Notes: generated by a model not told the origin, from the sequence alone. Shown: positions 16,324 through 24,369, numbered from the stretch's first letter. The stretch is DNA of 24,369 nt from a virus (IMGVR_UViG_3300032219_001748:1-24369), one strand, 5' to 3'. Program-made: numbers and translations.

Positions 16324-17343
16324 TTAAACTTTTTTCCAATTAGAAAACTCAAGATTAGCCCTCAAATTACTGAAAGTAAATTTATCTATAAGATCCAATA
16401 TTTCATCAGGTGAAATTCCTGCTAAAATCATCTCATTTATATCTTTTTGCTTGATATTTTCCGGCAGTAATGTTACATTATATCCAGAAGTGATCGCTTT
16501 ACCAATTTGCTTTACAATATCTTTGTTTCTTGGTTCATTATCATACACTAAAACAAAATCAGTTAGTTCTAACTTCGCCGCTCTTGTAAGATCAGAATCG
16601 GCAGTTGCAATTGCATTTGGTAAAAACAACGAATCGATTGGACCTTCAACTACATAAACTTTTTTATTTTTATCAACTCTATTTAATCCATAAAACTTTG
16701 GTGTTTCAACCAAGGAGATCGTGATATAACGGATCTTTGATTCAGCGAGAGCCCGACCCTGAATGGCAATGAGTTCATTACTTTCGTTATAGAATGGGAT
16801 GACAAGCCTAGCATCTTCCTCTTTAAGATTCTCACTTTCAACGCCGAGAGATTGTACCAGTTTTTTGAAATCAGGAGCAAAGTATAATTCTTCATAAAAT
16901 CTATTCGGAATTTTCCTTGCTTGAACATATGTTTTTGCAAAATGCGAATCTGGTAAGGTTTCAATTGTATCCAAGTTGATCTTCTTTTGTGCCTTCTTCT
17001 CATTGAACGTTGGTTGACTCTTGAACCCTTCAAAGTTTGGTTTCGGATAATTATGATTCCCGGTCTCACCATTGGTAAAACGCTCATAAGTATATTCTTT
17101 CAATAATGATGGATCGACAAGTTTTAGGAAGTTATAAAAAGTATGGCCTATACCACAATTGTGGCATGTATAGAAATAGTCGTTATTCTTCTTATAAACA
17201 AATCCTCTTGCTTTTGATTTATTCTTTTGCGAATCGCCACAAATAGGACACCTAAAGTTGTATAGGTCTTGCTTTTTTTGAGCAAAGCGTTCCAACTTTG
17301 GTGAAACTAGGTGCAGGAATTTTCGATCAATATAGATACTCAT
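16324..17343 (-). CDS. 61: DNA primase (T4 gp61-like)
   Basis: FRCPICGDS...CHNCG zinc ribbon, RLVIPF, QGRAL, TOPRIM VEGPIDS, YDNEPRN, KDINEM. Confidence 0.93.
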   Translation of the reverse strand: MSIYIDRKFLHLVSPKLERFAQKKQDLYNFRCPICGDSQKNKSKARGFVYKKNNDYFYTCHNCGIGHTFYNFLKLVDPSLLKEYTYERFTNGETGNHNYPKPNFEGFKSQPTFNEKKAQKKINLDTIETLPDSHFAKTYVQARKIPNRFYEELYFAPDFKKLVQSLGVESENLKEEDARLVIPFYNESNELIAIQGRALAESKIRYITISLVETPKFYGLNRVDKNKKVYVVEGPIDSLFLPNAIATADSDLTRAAKLELTDFVLVYDNEPRNKDIVKQIGKAITSGYNVTLLPENIKQKDINEMILAGISPDEILDLIDKFTFSNLRANLEFSNWKKV

Positions 17344-17349
17344 AATGTA

Positions 17350-17378
17350 ATTCTATCACAATATTGATAGAATGTAAA
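17350..17378 (-). promoter_or_regulatory. Sigma70-type promoter of the primase operon, with inverted repeat
   Basis: Minus strand TTTACA(17378-17373)-N17-TAGAAT(17355-17350) with extended TG; ATG 6 nt downstream. Confidence 0.7.
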
Positions 17379-17389
17379 GCAATAAAAAG

Positions 17390-17818
17390 TTATTTACCGA
17401 TTAGACTGGCAAGTGTTTCTAAATTAACATGTGACGCTACCCAAGAAATGGCTATTACGCCACCAATTATCATCCATTTCCATTCAAGTAACTTCTCTAG
17501 TGACTGTTTTTCTCCCGCATTATGCTCTTGCATATCCTTACGCAAAGCCTTTAGTTCTTCCATAAGCCTGAGTTCGGATGCCTGTAGCTTATCAAGCACA
17601 GTATCTATTCTGTTGTGTATTTCACGGATATCAGCTTCAGTTTCTAACCTTCTGCTATCAATATCCGTGTAAATTTTTGCGATGTGCCTATCGTGCTGGT
17701 CCACCAGCTTCTCCATTATTTTGTCCATTTTGTCGCAAAGAATACATAGGGTACTTACTTGTTGTTTTAGAACTCCTACGTCAACCTGTATACTTACTAT
17801 ATCTTTATCGTCGGACAT
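17390..17818 (-). CDS. Coiled-coil protein with C-terminal TM helix
   Basis: Heptad-rich body followed by LLEWKWMIIGGVIAISWV. Confidence 0.75.
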   Translation of the reverse strand: MSDDKDIVSIQVDVGVLKQQVSTLCILCDKMDKIMEKLVDQHDRHIAKIYTDIDSRRLETEADIREIHNRIDTVLDKLQASELRLMEELKALRKDMQEHNAGEKQSLEKLLEWKWMIIGGVIAISWVASHVNLETLASLIGK

Positions 17819-17828
17819 TTTATTTTCT

Positions 17829-18026
17829 TTACTTTTTAGGTGGAATTGCAGTACCTTCTAGTTTCTTATGAACTTTGATGGTTTTACAAACTTCTTTTTC
17901 TTTTTTGGTTTTATTATCAAATTCCTTTACGCATACTTTCTTTTCTTCGGCTGCAAATGCTGCTTTAGTTAGAGGTGCAAAAAGTAAAAATAAAATCATA
18001 GACGCTAACATAAATTCTTTTTTCAT
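17829..18026 (-). CDS. Small exported protein
   Basis: Signal peptide ending ...KAAFAA, then a basic hairpin-like segment with two Cys (KKVCV...EVCK). Confidence 0.7.
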   Translation of the reverse strand: MKKEFMLASMILFLLFAPLTKAAFAAEEKKVCVKEFDNKTKKEKEVCKTIKVHKKLEGTAIPPKK

Positions 18027-18244
18027 TTTTCTTCCTTTTTAGAAAATTTTTCAGACGCAGTAAATCCTAATCCTGCAACTACAATATACATCATTGAATC
18101 GAATAATTTTTCATTAACTTTATATCCATATACATCAGCAACAAATCCACATGCACATAATAAGAACGCTAATAAGGTTACCACTCTTTTACTTGAGACT
18201 GATGAATTAGTTCCATCAGATAGCATACTATTCATCCAGTTCAT
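18023..18244 (-). CDS. Two-TM small membrane protein, holin candidate
   Basis: SSKRVVTLLAFLLC..., second TM MMYIVVAGLGFTA, charged tail EKFSKKEEK; near the endolysin. Confidence 0.6.
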   Translation of the reverse strand: MNWMNSMLSDGTNSSVSSKRVVTLLAFLLCACGFVADVYGYKVNEKLFDSMMYIVVAGLGFTASEKFSKKEEK

Positions 18245-18688
18245 TTAAATTTCTGGATGAGGTGGTTGTGCTGGTGCTTCTTTACCTCCAAATCCAGTAA
18301 CAACTTGTGCTGTAACTGGTGCAACAGATGTTTGCTGTACTATAACAGGTGCAGGTGGTGGTACATCATGCATAACTTTTTTTGTCGCTTCAAAGTTATC
18401 GTTAGCCATCTTTTGTGCCTGAAGCATTGCCTCTTTATCTTCTTTAGTTGTTCCTGCTAACATAATGCCTGATAATGTGCCAGTCAAGAATGTAGCAATA
18501 GGAACAATCAGTTCAAAGAATTTTTGATCGATAGGACTGATAGCATTTAAAGGTTGTGTTACAAAAATAAGAGAATATAACACAACAAAAACAATACCAG
18601 TCAATGTTAACGAAAGGCATATACCGATAAAGAATTTTAGACGAGCCATTAACTGCTCATCAGTATAGATAAAATTATTATTTTCCAC
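18245..18688 (-). CDS. Two-TM membrane protein with Pro-rich tail
   Basis: Likely start GTG 18686-18688 after AAGGAG. TMs FFIGICLSLTLTGIVFVVLYSLIF and LIVPIATFLTGTLSGIML. Confidence 0.7.
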   Translation of the reverse strand: MENNNFIYTDEQLMARLKFFIGICLSLTLTGIVFVVLYSLIFVTQPLNAISPIDQKFFELIVPIATFLTGTLSGIMLAGTTKEDKEAMLQAQKMANDNFEATKKVMHDVPPPAPVIVQQTSVAPVTAQVVTGFGGKEAPAQPPHPEI

Positions 18689-18959
18689 AATTTGCTCCTT
18701 GAACATTTGCAGGGTTAGCAGGTGAAATATTTGTGTTAGTTTGTTCATTTATTGGTCCTAATCTTGGGTCTCTCTGACCTTTAAAAATATGCTCTGGGCA
18801 TGTTCTAGTCACATCACATAAAGGCATTTTACAAATATCTTTGTTCCAATTATCTGGATCCTGACAAGGATAACGGAATCTATCACCACTGCAAGTTGCT
18901 AATCCTAATGGTAAGAGTAACAATAAAAACATAAATTTAGCTAATTTTTTATCACCCAT
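18678..18959 (-). CDS. Exported Cys-rich protein (possible lipoprotein)
   Basis: Basic N-terminus plus hydrophobic core, LATC, then RYPCQDP.NW...C....C....CP. Confidence 0.7.
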   Translation of the reverse strand: MGDKKLAKFMFLLLLLPLGLATCSGDRFRYPCQDPDNWNKDICKMPLCDVTRTCPEHIFKGQRDPRLGPINEQTNTNISPANPANVQGANCGK

Positions 18960-18962
18960 AAT

Positions 18963-19577
18963 TTATGCTCCAAAAACATGTAAAGCATGTTCGTAGTGCT
19001 TAATTCTATCATCTAGACCAATAGTACCACCATTGATTACTTTGGTCATCTTTACAATATCTCCATTATCAGCTAAATTATTTAACTTATTTGTTTCCCA
19101 GAACCAGCATCCCGATTGTGCAGCACCTTCAAAGGTACCCATATATTCTGCTGCTTCTTCTGGTGAAATTTGTAATGATGCTGAAAACCATGTATAGTTT
19201 GTTTTGCCGGTCAATTGAATTAACCCACGGCCACGATATTTGTATCCGTCACCAGATGCTTCGTCTCCATTACCCATGCGATTTGCATAGACTTTGTTTG
19301 CAATCTTTTGTGGATTTTTTTCGTATGCTTTAGCAGTAGCCATATCCGGAAAGTATTTTCCAAATATCTTCATTAGACTTTCTGCTTTGTAATTTAGATT
19401 CTCTGATAAGAAAATAAACCCACCAGACTCATGAGCGCACTGTGCCATAAAAGCAGCAACACGCTTTGGTGTATTTATTTCATATTCGGGAAGAAGTTGA
19501 CTTAATGCTTTGTGCCACTGGTCAACGTAAGGATTCTTAGGAAGTAATTTTTTTAATTGTTCTTTTGTCAGGTCCAT
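18963..19577 (-). CDS. Glycoside hydrolase family 19 endolysin
   Basis: AAFMAQCAHESG, ENLNY, YRGRGLIQLTGKTNY, WFW, INGG; no separate cell-wall-binding domain seen. Confidence 0.92.
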   Translation of the reverse strand: MDLTKEQLKKLLPKNPYVDQWHKALSQLLPEYEINTPKRVAAFMAQCAHESGGFIFLSENLNYKAESLMKIFGKYFPDMATAKAYEKNPQKIANKVYANRMGNGDEASGDGYKYRGRGLIQLTGKTNYTWFSASLQISPEEAAEYMGTFEGAAQSGCWFWETNKLNNLADNGDIVKMTKVINGGTIGLDDRIKHYEHALHVFGA

Positions 19578-19834
19578 TATTTTACGCTTTCATAAATGTC
19601 TTTTTGTATATGATACCAATCAATCCATGCATCATTTTTCACAGAACATTCATGATAAGATGTATAATTTATGCCTATCTTTTTTGCTATTTCGCTGAGA
19701 GTAGCATCTTCAGAAGTCATTTGCAATTCTTTGCATTTCTCCAATAACGGCGCTGGTGCTTCTGGAAATTTCATAACGACAGGTACTGTTGTTGAACATC
19801 CAGCAAGCAACAAAGCAATTAAAGCAAATCTCAT
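19577..19834 (-). CDS. Outer-membrane spanin (Rz1-like lipoprotein)
   Basis: Lipobox LLAG-C, Pro-rich FPEAPAPLLEKC, NYTSYHEC; ATGA overlap with the i-spanin. Confidence 0.85.
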   Translation of the reverse strand: MRFALIALLLAGCSTTVPVVMKFPEAPAPLLEKCKELQMTSEDATLSEIAKKIGINYTSYHECSVKNDAWIDWYHIQKDIYESVK

Positions 19835-20289
19835 TTTGATGTCTCCGCTGCTTTATTTATTGCTTGTATAAATTCTTTAGGTATTTCACATTCATTACCA
19901 GGTAAGAATTTCGTATCGTATTTTACTACTTCTCGGTCAATATACTTAACTACTTCATCACCTTTTTCTTTTATAATTTTATTTTTTGTTACAAGTTTTG
20001 TGACTATCTCTTTATTTACTTGTTGAGATTTTTCTTCTGCAACTTTAACTTTTGCTTTTAATTCTTCTACTCTGGCTTCCCATTCATTATTATTATGAAT
20101 TGCTCCTATCATAAAAACACCAACGACTATCATTACTATTGACACTAACTGAATAGGTGTTTTGTATATGTATAATGGAGGAATAAACTTTGCTAAAAAT
20201 TTAACCAGATATGTTGCAATTAAACCTACTATACCTAATAAAAATGTAGCAAAAAAAATCCAATCAGGTAACCATTTTAAAATCCACAT
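19831..20289 (-). CDS. Inner-membrane spanin (Rz-like)
   Basis: N-terminal TM helices, coiled coil and C-terminal CEIP; directly upstream of the lipoprotein. Confidence 0.8.
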   Translation of the reverse strand: MWILKWLPDWIFFATFLLGIVGLIATYLVKFLAKFIPPLYIYKTPIQLVSIVMIVVGVFMIGAIHNNNEWEARVEELKAKVKVAEEKSQQVNKEIVTKLVTKNKIIKEKGDEVVKYIDREVVKYDTKFLPGNECEIPKEFIQAINKAAETSK

Positions 20290-20300
20290 ATTATACTCTC

Positions 20301-20489
20301 TTACATTTGAGGCGGTTTTCTAGATAATGTTGGGTATTTGTTTTTATTTTTTGGCAACTTAATTGCTGTTGCACTTACTGGGTCAGTAGCACTTTGAGGA
20401 CCTGTAGTTACTGTAGGTCCTGGTACAGCTACACCACCATCTTCTTTCATGCAAGCACAATCTTTTCTTAACTCTTTAAATTTTTTCAT
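20301..20489 (-). CDS. Small putative head-internal protein
   Basis: Start MKKFKELR at 20489 by TAATG overlap; MKE-D junction followed by a P/T/K-rich tail. Confidence 0.6.
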   Translation of the reverse strand: MKKFKELRKDCACMKEDGGVAVPGPTVTTGPQSATDPVSATAIKLPKNKNKYPTLSRKPPQM

Positions 20490-21664
20490 TAGCAATTCCA
20501 TTTTTTTAGCGATTTATTTATTCTGCTATTTGGATCATTTGCTGTTTTAGCGGAAGTCAGTCTACGTTTCATACCAGACATTCTTGCACAAAATGATTTT
20601 CTGCGATTTGCTGCTTTACTGCCTTTCTTTAGCTTAGAAGGCTTTGTAGTAACTGCCATAGATAACTTTGATCCTGGATTTTCTCTGCGGTATGACATGA
20701 TGCCTTTGCGATTTAGCCCACCTTCAGGATTCTTTCCTTCTTTTCTTTTCCATGCAGCAGATTCTTCTAATTCTTTTTTTATCCATGTATCAGGAGTTTT
20801 GCCGTGTTTCTTTTTGAAATCGTTGTGTAATTCTTTACCAGTTATGTTATGTTGTTTTGCTATCTTCGTCATCAGTTGATCTATGGTATCATAATCGGTT
20901 TTATCCAAATCATGTAAACCTTGTTCTAATTCTTTAACATGATCTTCTGTTAACATATCATCAGAGATTTCAAATTCTTCTCTTAATCTACTAACGAACT
21001 TATAATCGTCCATCGTAAGGACACCTTTTTTACGAATTTTAATAAGTCTCTCTATCACGTGGTGAAGTTGAACATCAGATTTGATATCCTCTCTAGCCAA
21101 TTCGAGCATACGGATCAATAGAGGAATATTCATAGATACTACATCTGCTCTATCTTGTGTTTCTTCAGATATGAATGATTTAAATGATTTTATTGGTTGA
21201 TTTTCTTCTTTTACTGATCTCCAACCACCACCTTTGGATTTATACCATTTAGAAGCCCAGCCATTTGCATAGGCAGAAGGATATACATCAAATTTTGATC
21301 GGGCTAGTGACACTGCTTTAGACCAAAGTTCTGGATTTGTTGGTTTATTTTTTTCTTCTAAATGTTCCATATTTTCACTCAACTTTCCTTTTCCAATACT
21401 CGACACATTAATTGGTGCACCTTTTCTTTCAGGATTAGGGTCGTGCCTTCTTTTTGCTATAACAGCGGCTGCCTTCTGTTTTTTAGAAAATCTTGCTCTC
21501 TGTTGTTTTGACATACATTTTGGTTTCGCTTCACCTGGTTCTCTAGCACAAGGACCAACAACTTCACCTTTAGAGTTGATTCTTTTCCAATCACCTTTGG
21601 GATTAGTTTTACTAAACCACTGTCTCAAATCTTCATTCTGCAAAAAGTGTTTTAAAGATTTCAT
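20489..21664 (-). CDS. Modular basic protein (DUF5872-like and DUF6321-like modules), putative virion-internal protein
   Basis: EDLRQWF...GPCAR...KPKC; PTNPELW...YPSAYANGW...YKSKGGGW; GGLN.KG...RRKSFCARM.G...DPNSRINKSL..WNC. DUF names recalled, not searched. Confidence 0.7.
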   Translation of the reverse strand: MKSLKHFLQNEDLRQWFSKTNPKGDWKRINSKGEVVGPCAREPGEAKPKCMSKQQRARFSKKQKAAAVIAKRRHDPNPERKGAPINVSSIGKGKLSENMEHLEEKNKPTNPELWSKAVSLARSKFDVYPSAYANGWASKWYKSKGGGWRSVKEENQPIKSFKSFISEETQDRADVVSMNIPLLIRMLELAREDIKSDVQLHHVIERLIKIRKKGVLTMDDYKFVSRLREEFEISDDMLTEDHVKELEQGLHDLDKTDYDTIDQLMTKIAKQHNITGKELHNDFKKKHGKTPDTWIKKELEESAAWKRKEGKNPEGGLNRKGIMSYRRENPGSKLSMAVTTKPSKLKKGSKAANRRKSFCARMSGMKRRLTSAKTANDPNSRINKSLKKWNC

Positions 21665-22050
21665 ATCTTTCTTAGTATTTCTGCTATTTCTAAATTTATA
21701 AGAATGTCAGAAGTTATTATATCTTTTCCTCTGATTCCTCTGACTATTGTTGGCATCAGATTAAGATACATTAAGAAGGTTTTTAATATGTCATAATCTT
21801 TTTCATCAATACGGTAAAATAGTATTCTTGTTGTAGCTTCTGCGCCAAATACGTTATACAACAATATTATATGATTTATTATTAATCTTTCTTTTAATTC
21901 TTTTAATATCTTGTATCTTCGAAAGAGCCTCTTGAGATATTTTGTTCTCTTGAGGTCTCCTTCGAATTCTGACATGATACAATTGGGTGATTCATATGAC
22001 TTAATAGCATATAGTATAATATTGTCATCATTCAAATTATCAAACATCAT
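21661..22050 (-). CDS. Conserved T4-like phage hypothetical protein
   Basis: YAIKSYESPNC...EF..DLKR.KYLKRL.RRY...LKERLIINHII.LYNVFG family. Confidence 0.8.
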   Translation of the reverse strand: MMFDNLNDDNIILYAIKSYESPNCIMSEFEGDLKRTKYLKRLFRRYKILKELKERLIINHIILLYNVFGAEATTRILFYRIDEKDYDILKTFLMYLNLMPTIVRGIRGKDIITSDILINLEIAEILRKI

Positions 22051-22063
22051 GCATTTCTAATTA

Positions 22064-22693
22064 TTATAGACCACTAAAGTAGCTATTTGAACTAGTATTT
22101 CCAGAAGAAACATTGAATGCTGCCGTGTTTCCTAATGCAACTAAGGTTTCTTTTAGGTAACGCTTTGTTCCATCATTGTTTACTTTGAAAGTAAATCTAT
22201 TCCATCCAGTGTTAATTCCGTTATTTGCTCCAGCAATCAATGCATTTGCTAGACGAGATGCTGTAACTAAAATAACATCGCGGCTGCGATTTGGATACTG
22301 CACATTTGTGCTAGGAATATTATTAGCAACATAAACAAGAGAACCGCTTGCAAGGTTTGCAAATACAGGATTTGCTATGTTAATTCTTGAATTTGCAGTA
22401 TCAATCGAAGTGATGGTATTGTTCGATCTGAAAAATGCAACATCGTTTTGTTGAACGGCAGATCGATCTGCGACCATTCTCGAAACTGCAACATCGCCTA
22501 CGAAGGAGTTAGCTACACCGTAAACAAACATACCAACAGCAATTGAACCGAAGCTTGCGTTTGATGTGAAGGTGATGGTGTTTCCTGAAGTAACTGCACT
22601 GTTTGTAGTAAGTATTGCTACCGGTAAAACATCTCTTAGTTCTGGGAATAACGGTTCATTATTCGCAAAATCTGTATTTCCCCATGCTGGCAT
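22064..22693 (-). CDS. Putative virion structural protein
   Basis: MPAWG.TD start and GW...GTKRY..ETLVAL end; N/A/V/S/T-rich; AAGGAG SD. Confidence 0.65.
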   Translation of the reverse strand: MPAWGNTDFANNEPLFPELRDVLPVAILTTNSAVTSGNTITFTSNASFGSIAVGMFVYGVANSFVGDVAVSRMVADRSAVQQNDVAFFRSNNTITSIDTANSRINIANPVFANLASGSLVYVANNIPSTNVQYPNRSRDVILVTASRLANALIAGANNGINTGWNRFTFKVNNDGTKRYLKETLVALGNTAAFNVSSGNTSSNSYFSGL

Positions 22694-22724
22694 TTTTTTC
22701 TCCTTAAATGGCCTATTTGTTGAT

Positions 22725-22732
22725 TATTTATT
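22725..22732 (-). promoter_or_regulatory. Possible T4-type late promoter (AATAAATA)
   Basis: One mismatch to TATAAATA, about 30 nt upstream of the structural gene; AT-rich background weakens the call. Confidence 0.4.
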
Positions 22733-23909
22733 AGTTTCTGTGGTTATCATTTCGCTCATTAGCATCTCTATTTGCTTTGGTTTTCATTTTAGGATCTAAC
22801 TCAATGGTATCTCTAGGTTGTTTTGTTAATGTTGTACCACCAGATAGTGTTGCAACAGCGTCAGATTCTTTTTCACTTTTTTCTTCTTTGTCATTAACTT
22901 TAGACATTTTAGGTTTTTTTCCATAAGAAGAATCATCTTTATTTGATTTTTCCCAATCGTAAATATCTTCTTTCATGACACCTTTTTTCTTGTAGATATC
23001 TTTGACAATTTTAGCAGAACGTGACATTTGTTTTTTCTTTTCTGTCACTCTCGTTAACGTTCCTTTTGGGTCGTCATACAACACGGATTCATCTTTATAA
23101 TCTTTAGCTTCAGGAACACAATTTGGTACTTTACGACCACCTTTGTTTTTAGTTCCTACTTGCGTATAACCTTGCCAGCAAGGATCACCTTCTGCTATAG
23201 TTTCTTCCGATTTCATTGAATCGAGTTTCTTCTTATATTCAGCCGGATCAGGTAGTCCAGATGCTTTTCTAATTGCTTGGTGCTTTTGATATAATCTTTC
23301 AGCGGCCGTAGGAGTTGGTGTTTTGATGTTAATTTTAATTGGTTTTACTTTTGCTTCAAGGAATTCACTTTCTACATTTGAAGCTATTTCGTTCTTAGGC
23401 TTGATGCCTTTCTTTTTCATATTGATTGCAATAGCGGCTTGTTGTGCAGGATTAGCAGCTTCTTTCATTTCTTTTTCATTGTTGCTTGCCATATAATCAG
23501 CAACAGTTTGTACGTAATCTGTAGCGAGTGTTACTTTTGATTGTACCCAAGCAGGAAATTGCATTTTAGGATCTTTTACTACAGTCCTTAATTTTGCAAT
23601 AGAATCTTCCAGTATATCAAGTTGATTTAGGATCATGCTACCTTCATCATCTAGCATTTTACCCATAGCTATTGCAATATGGTCCTCATCGAGATCAACA
23701 TCTTCTTGATGAACTGATGCCCATTGCTTAAATTGATTAGACTTTGAGTGAGCAATTTTTATATCTTTCGTGACATATTTTGGATTAATACCTCTAGATA
23801 AAAGGTACTTCTGCAATTGTGTCTCAGAAGTTTCATCCAAGCCAGCTTTTGCTGACCATGGATCCCACGGATTTTTTCCAAAAGCTTCTTTGAAAGTTTT
23901 CTTACTCAT
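22731..23909 (-). CDS. Modular basic protein, putative virion-internal protein
   Basis: Modules DEGSM...PAWVQSKVTLATDY, AANPAQQAAIAINMKKKG and CWQGYTQVGTK.KGGRKVPNCVP separated by Glu-ending linkers. Confidence 0.7.
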   Translation of the reverse strand: MSKKTFKEAFGKNPWDPWSAKAGLDETSETQLQKYLLSRGINPKYVTKDIKIAHSKSNQFKQWASVHQEDVDLDEDHIAIAMGKMLDDEGSMILNQLDILEDSIAKLRTVVKDPKMQFPAWVQSKVTLATDYVQTVADYMASNNEKEMKEAANPAQQAAIAINMKKKGIKPKNEIASNVESEFLEAKVKPIKINIKTPTPTAAERLYQKHQAIRKASGLPDPAEYKKKLDSMKSEETIAEGDPCWQGYTQVGTKNKGGRKVPNCVPEAKDYKDESVLYDDPKGTLTRVTEKKKQMSRSAKIVKDIYKKKGVMKEDIYDWEKSNKDDSSYGKKPKMSKVNDKEEKSEKESDAVATLSGGTTLTKQPRDTIELDPKMKTKANRDANERNDNHRN

Positions 23910-24369
23910 CGTTTTCCTCAGAAGTCATACCATCTTTACCTAACATTTCTTTTTTCATCGCAGAAAAAGACTTTAGTTTTTTAGTTTCTAATTTTACTTT
24001 AGAACTATAGAATTCATTATCACTTCCACCTTTAGCTCGACCAGCTAATGTGTCTGTCGTTCTTACTGAATAGTCTAGTTTCTCATCGATCTGATCAACT
24101 TCTTCTGATGTTGGTTTATAATCCTTCAGTCGAGCATAAGCTTTTCCTAAATTGTCAACATCCTTCTTAGTAGTTGTTGGTTGATGCATCTTTTTTAAAA
24201 CATATGATTTAACTGTAGATTTACTCAATTCATCAAGTTCTTCAATTTCTTCTTTTTGAGTTGCTTTAATACCACTCATACGCAAACCAGCACGTTGAAT
24301 ACCTTTTGCATCTTTTTTGGCATATCCATATTGATTTTTTGAAACAGGTTCATCACTCATCTTGCCAAA
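23902..24369 (-). CDS. C-terminal part of a putative virion-internal modular protein
   Basis: Frame is open to the right edge. EIEELDELSKSTVKSYV and EEVDQIDEK linkers. Confidence 0.65.
   Translation of the reverse strand, partial: FGKMSDEPVSKNQYGYAKKDAKGIQRAGLRMSGIKATQKEEIEELDELSKSTVKSYVLKKMHQPTTTKKDVDNLGKAYARLKDYKPTSEEVDQIDEKLDYSVRTTDTLAGRAKGGSDNEFYSSKVKLETKKLKSFSAMKKEMLGKDGMTSEENDE

Noticed and set aside
3966-17087. Alternative-frame minus-strand ORFs nested in galE, cobT-like, BPL-N, nrdA and primase (3966, 5861, 13375, 14282, 14495, 15128, 15350, 16683)
   Set aside because: Off-frame by-products of codon bias. The host genes are intact, so no frameshift or overprinting is needed.
3010-22799. 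All + strand ORFs in the track (e.g. 3010, 3251, 3952, 8207, 17364, 17578, 19671)
   Set aside because: They lie antisense to well-supported minus-strand genes and have no recognisable motifs; shadow ORFs.
1-24369. tRNA, CRISPR array, intrinsic terminators or stop-codon recoding
   Set aside because: After adding the small ORFs, gaps are under about 90 bp. No cloverleaf, spaced repeats or GC-rich hairpin plus U-tract was seen, and core genes read full length in the standard code.

Overview
AT-rich, densely coding segment of a T4-like (Tevenvirinae-type) myophage of a Gram-negative host. Essentially all real genes are on the minus strand; the + strand ORFs are shadows. In transcription order (right to left): (1) basic, modular putative head-internal/virion proteins (20301-24369) with capsid-targeting-like N-termini and Glu cleavage-like linkers; (2) an extended lysis/envelope cassette (17390-20289) with i-/o-spanin, GH19 endolysin and five further membrane or exported proteins; (3) a replication/nucleotide block with gp61 primase, thyX, nrdA, inserted genes, nrdB, a GIY-YIG nuclease and T4-type RNase H; (4) early accessory genes including a degenerate nucleotidyltransferase, a DNA methyltransferase, an AbrB-type regulator and a CobT-like peptidase-vWA protein; (5) a nucleotide-sugar operon (GalE-like, SAM methyltransferase, HldC, HldA, cupin) pointing to phage-made NDP-heptose; (6) small hypothetical genes. 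Four sigma70-type promoters are visible. Two would give leaderless mRNAs, and the other two are preceded by the same palindrome TGTTGY-N6-ACAACA. No tRNA, rRNA, CRISPR array or intron was seen. Family assignments come from motif recognition by eye, not from database searches.
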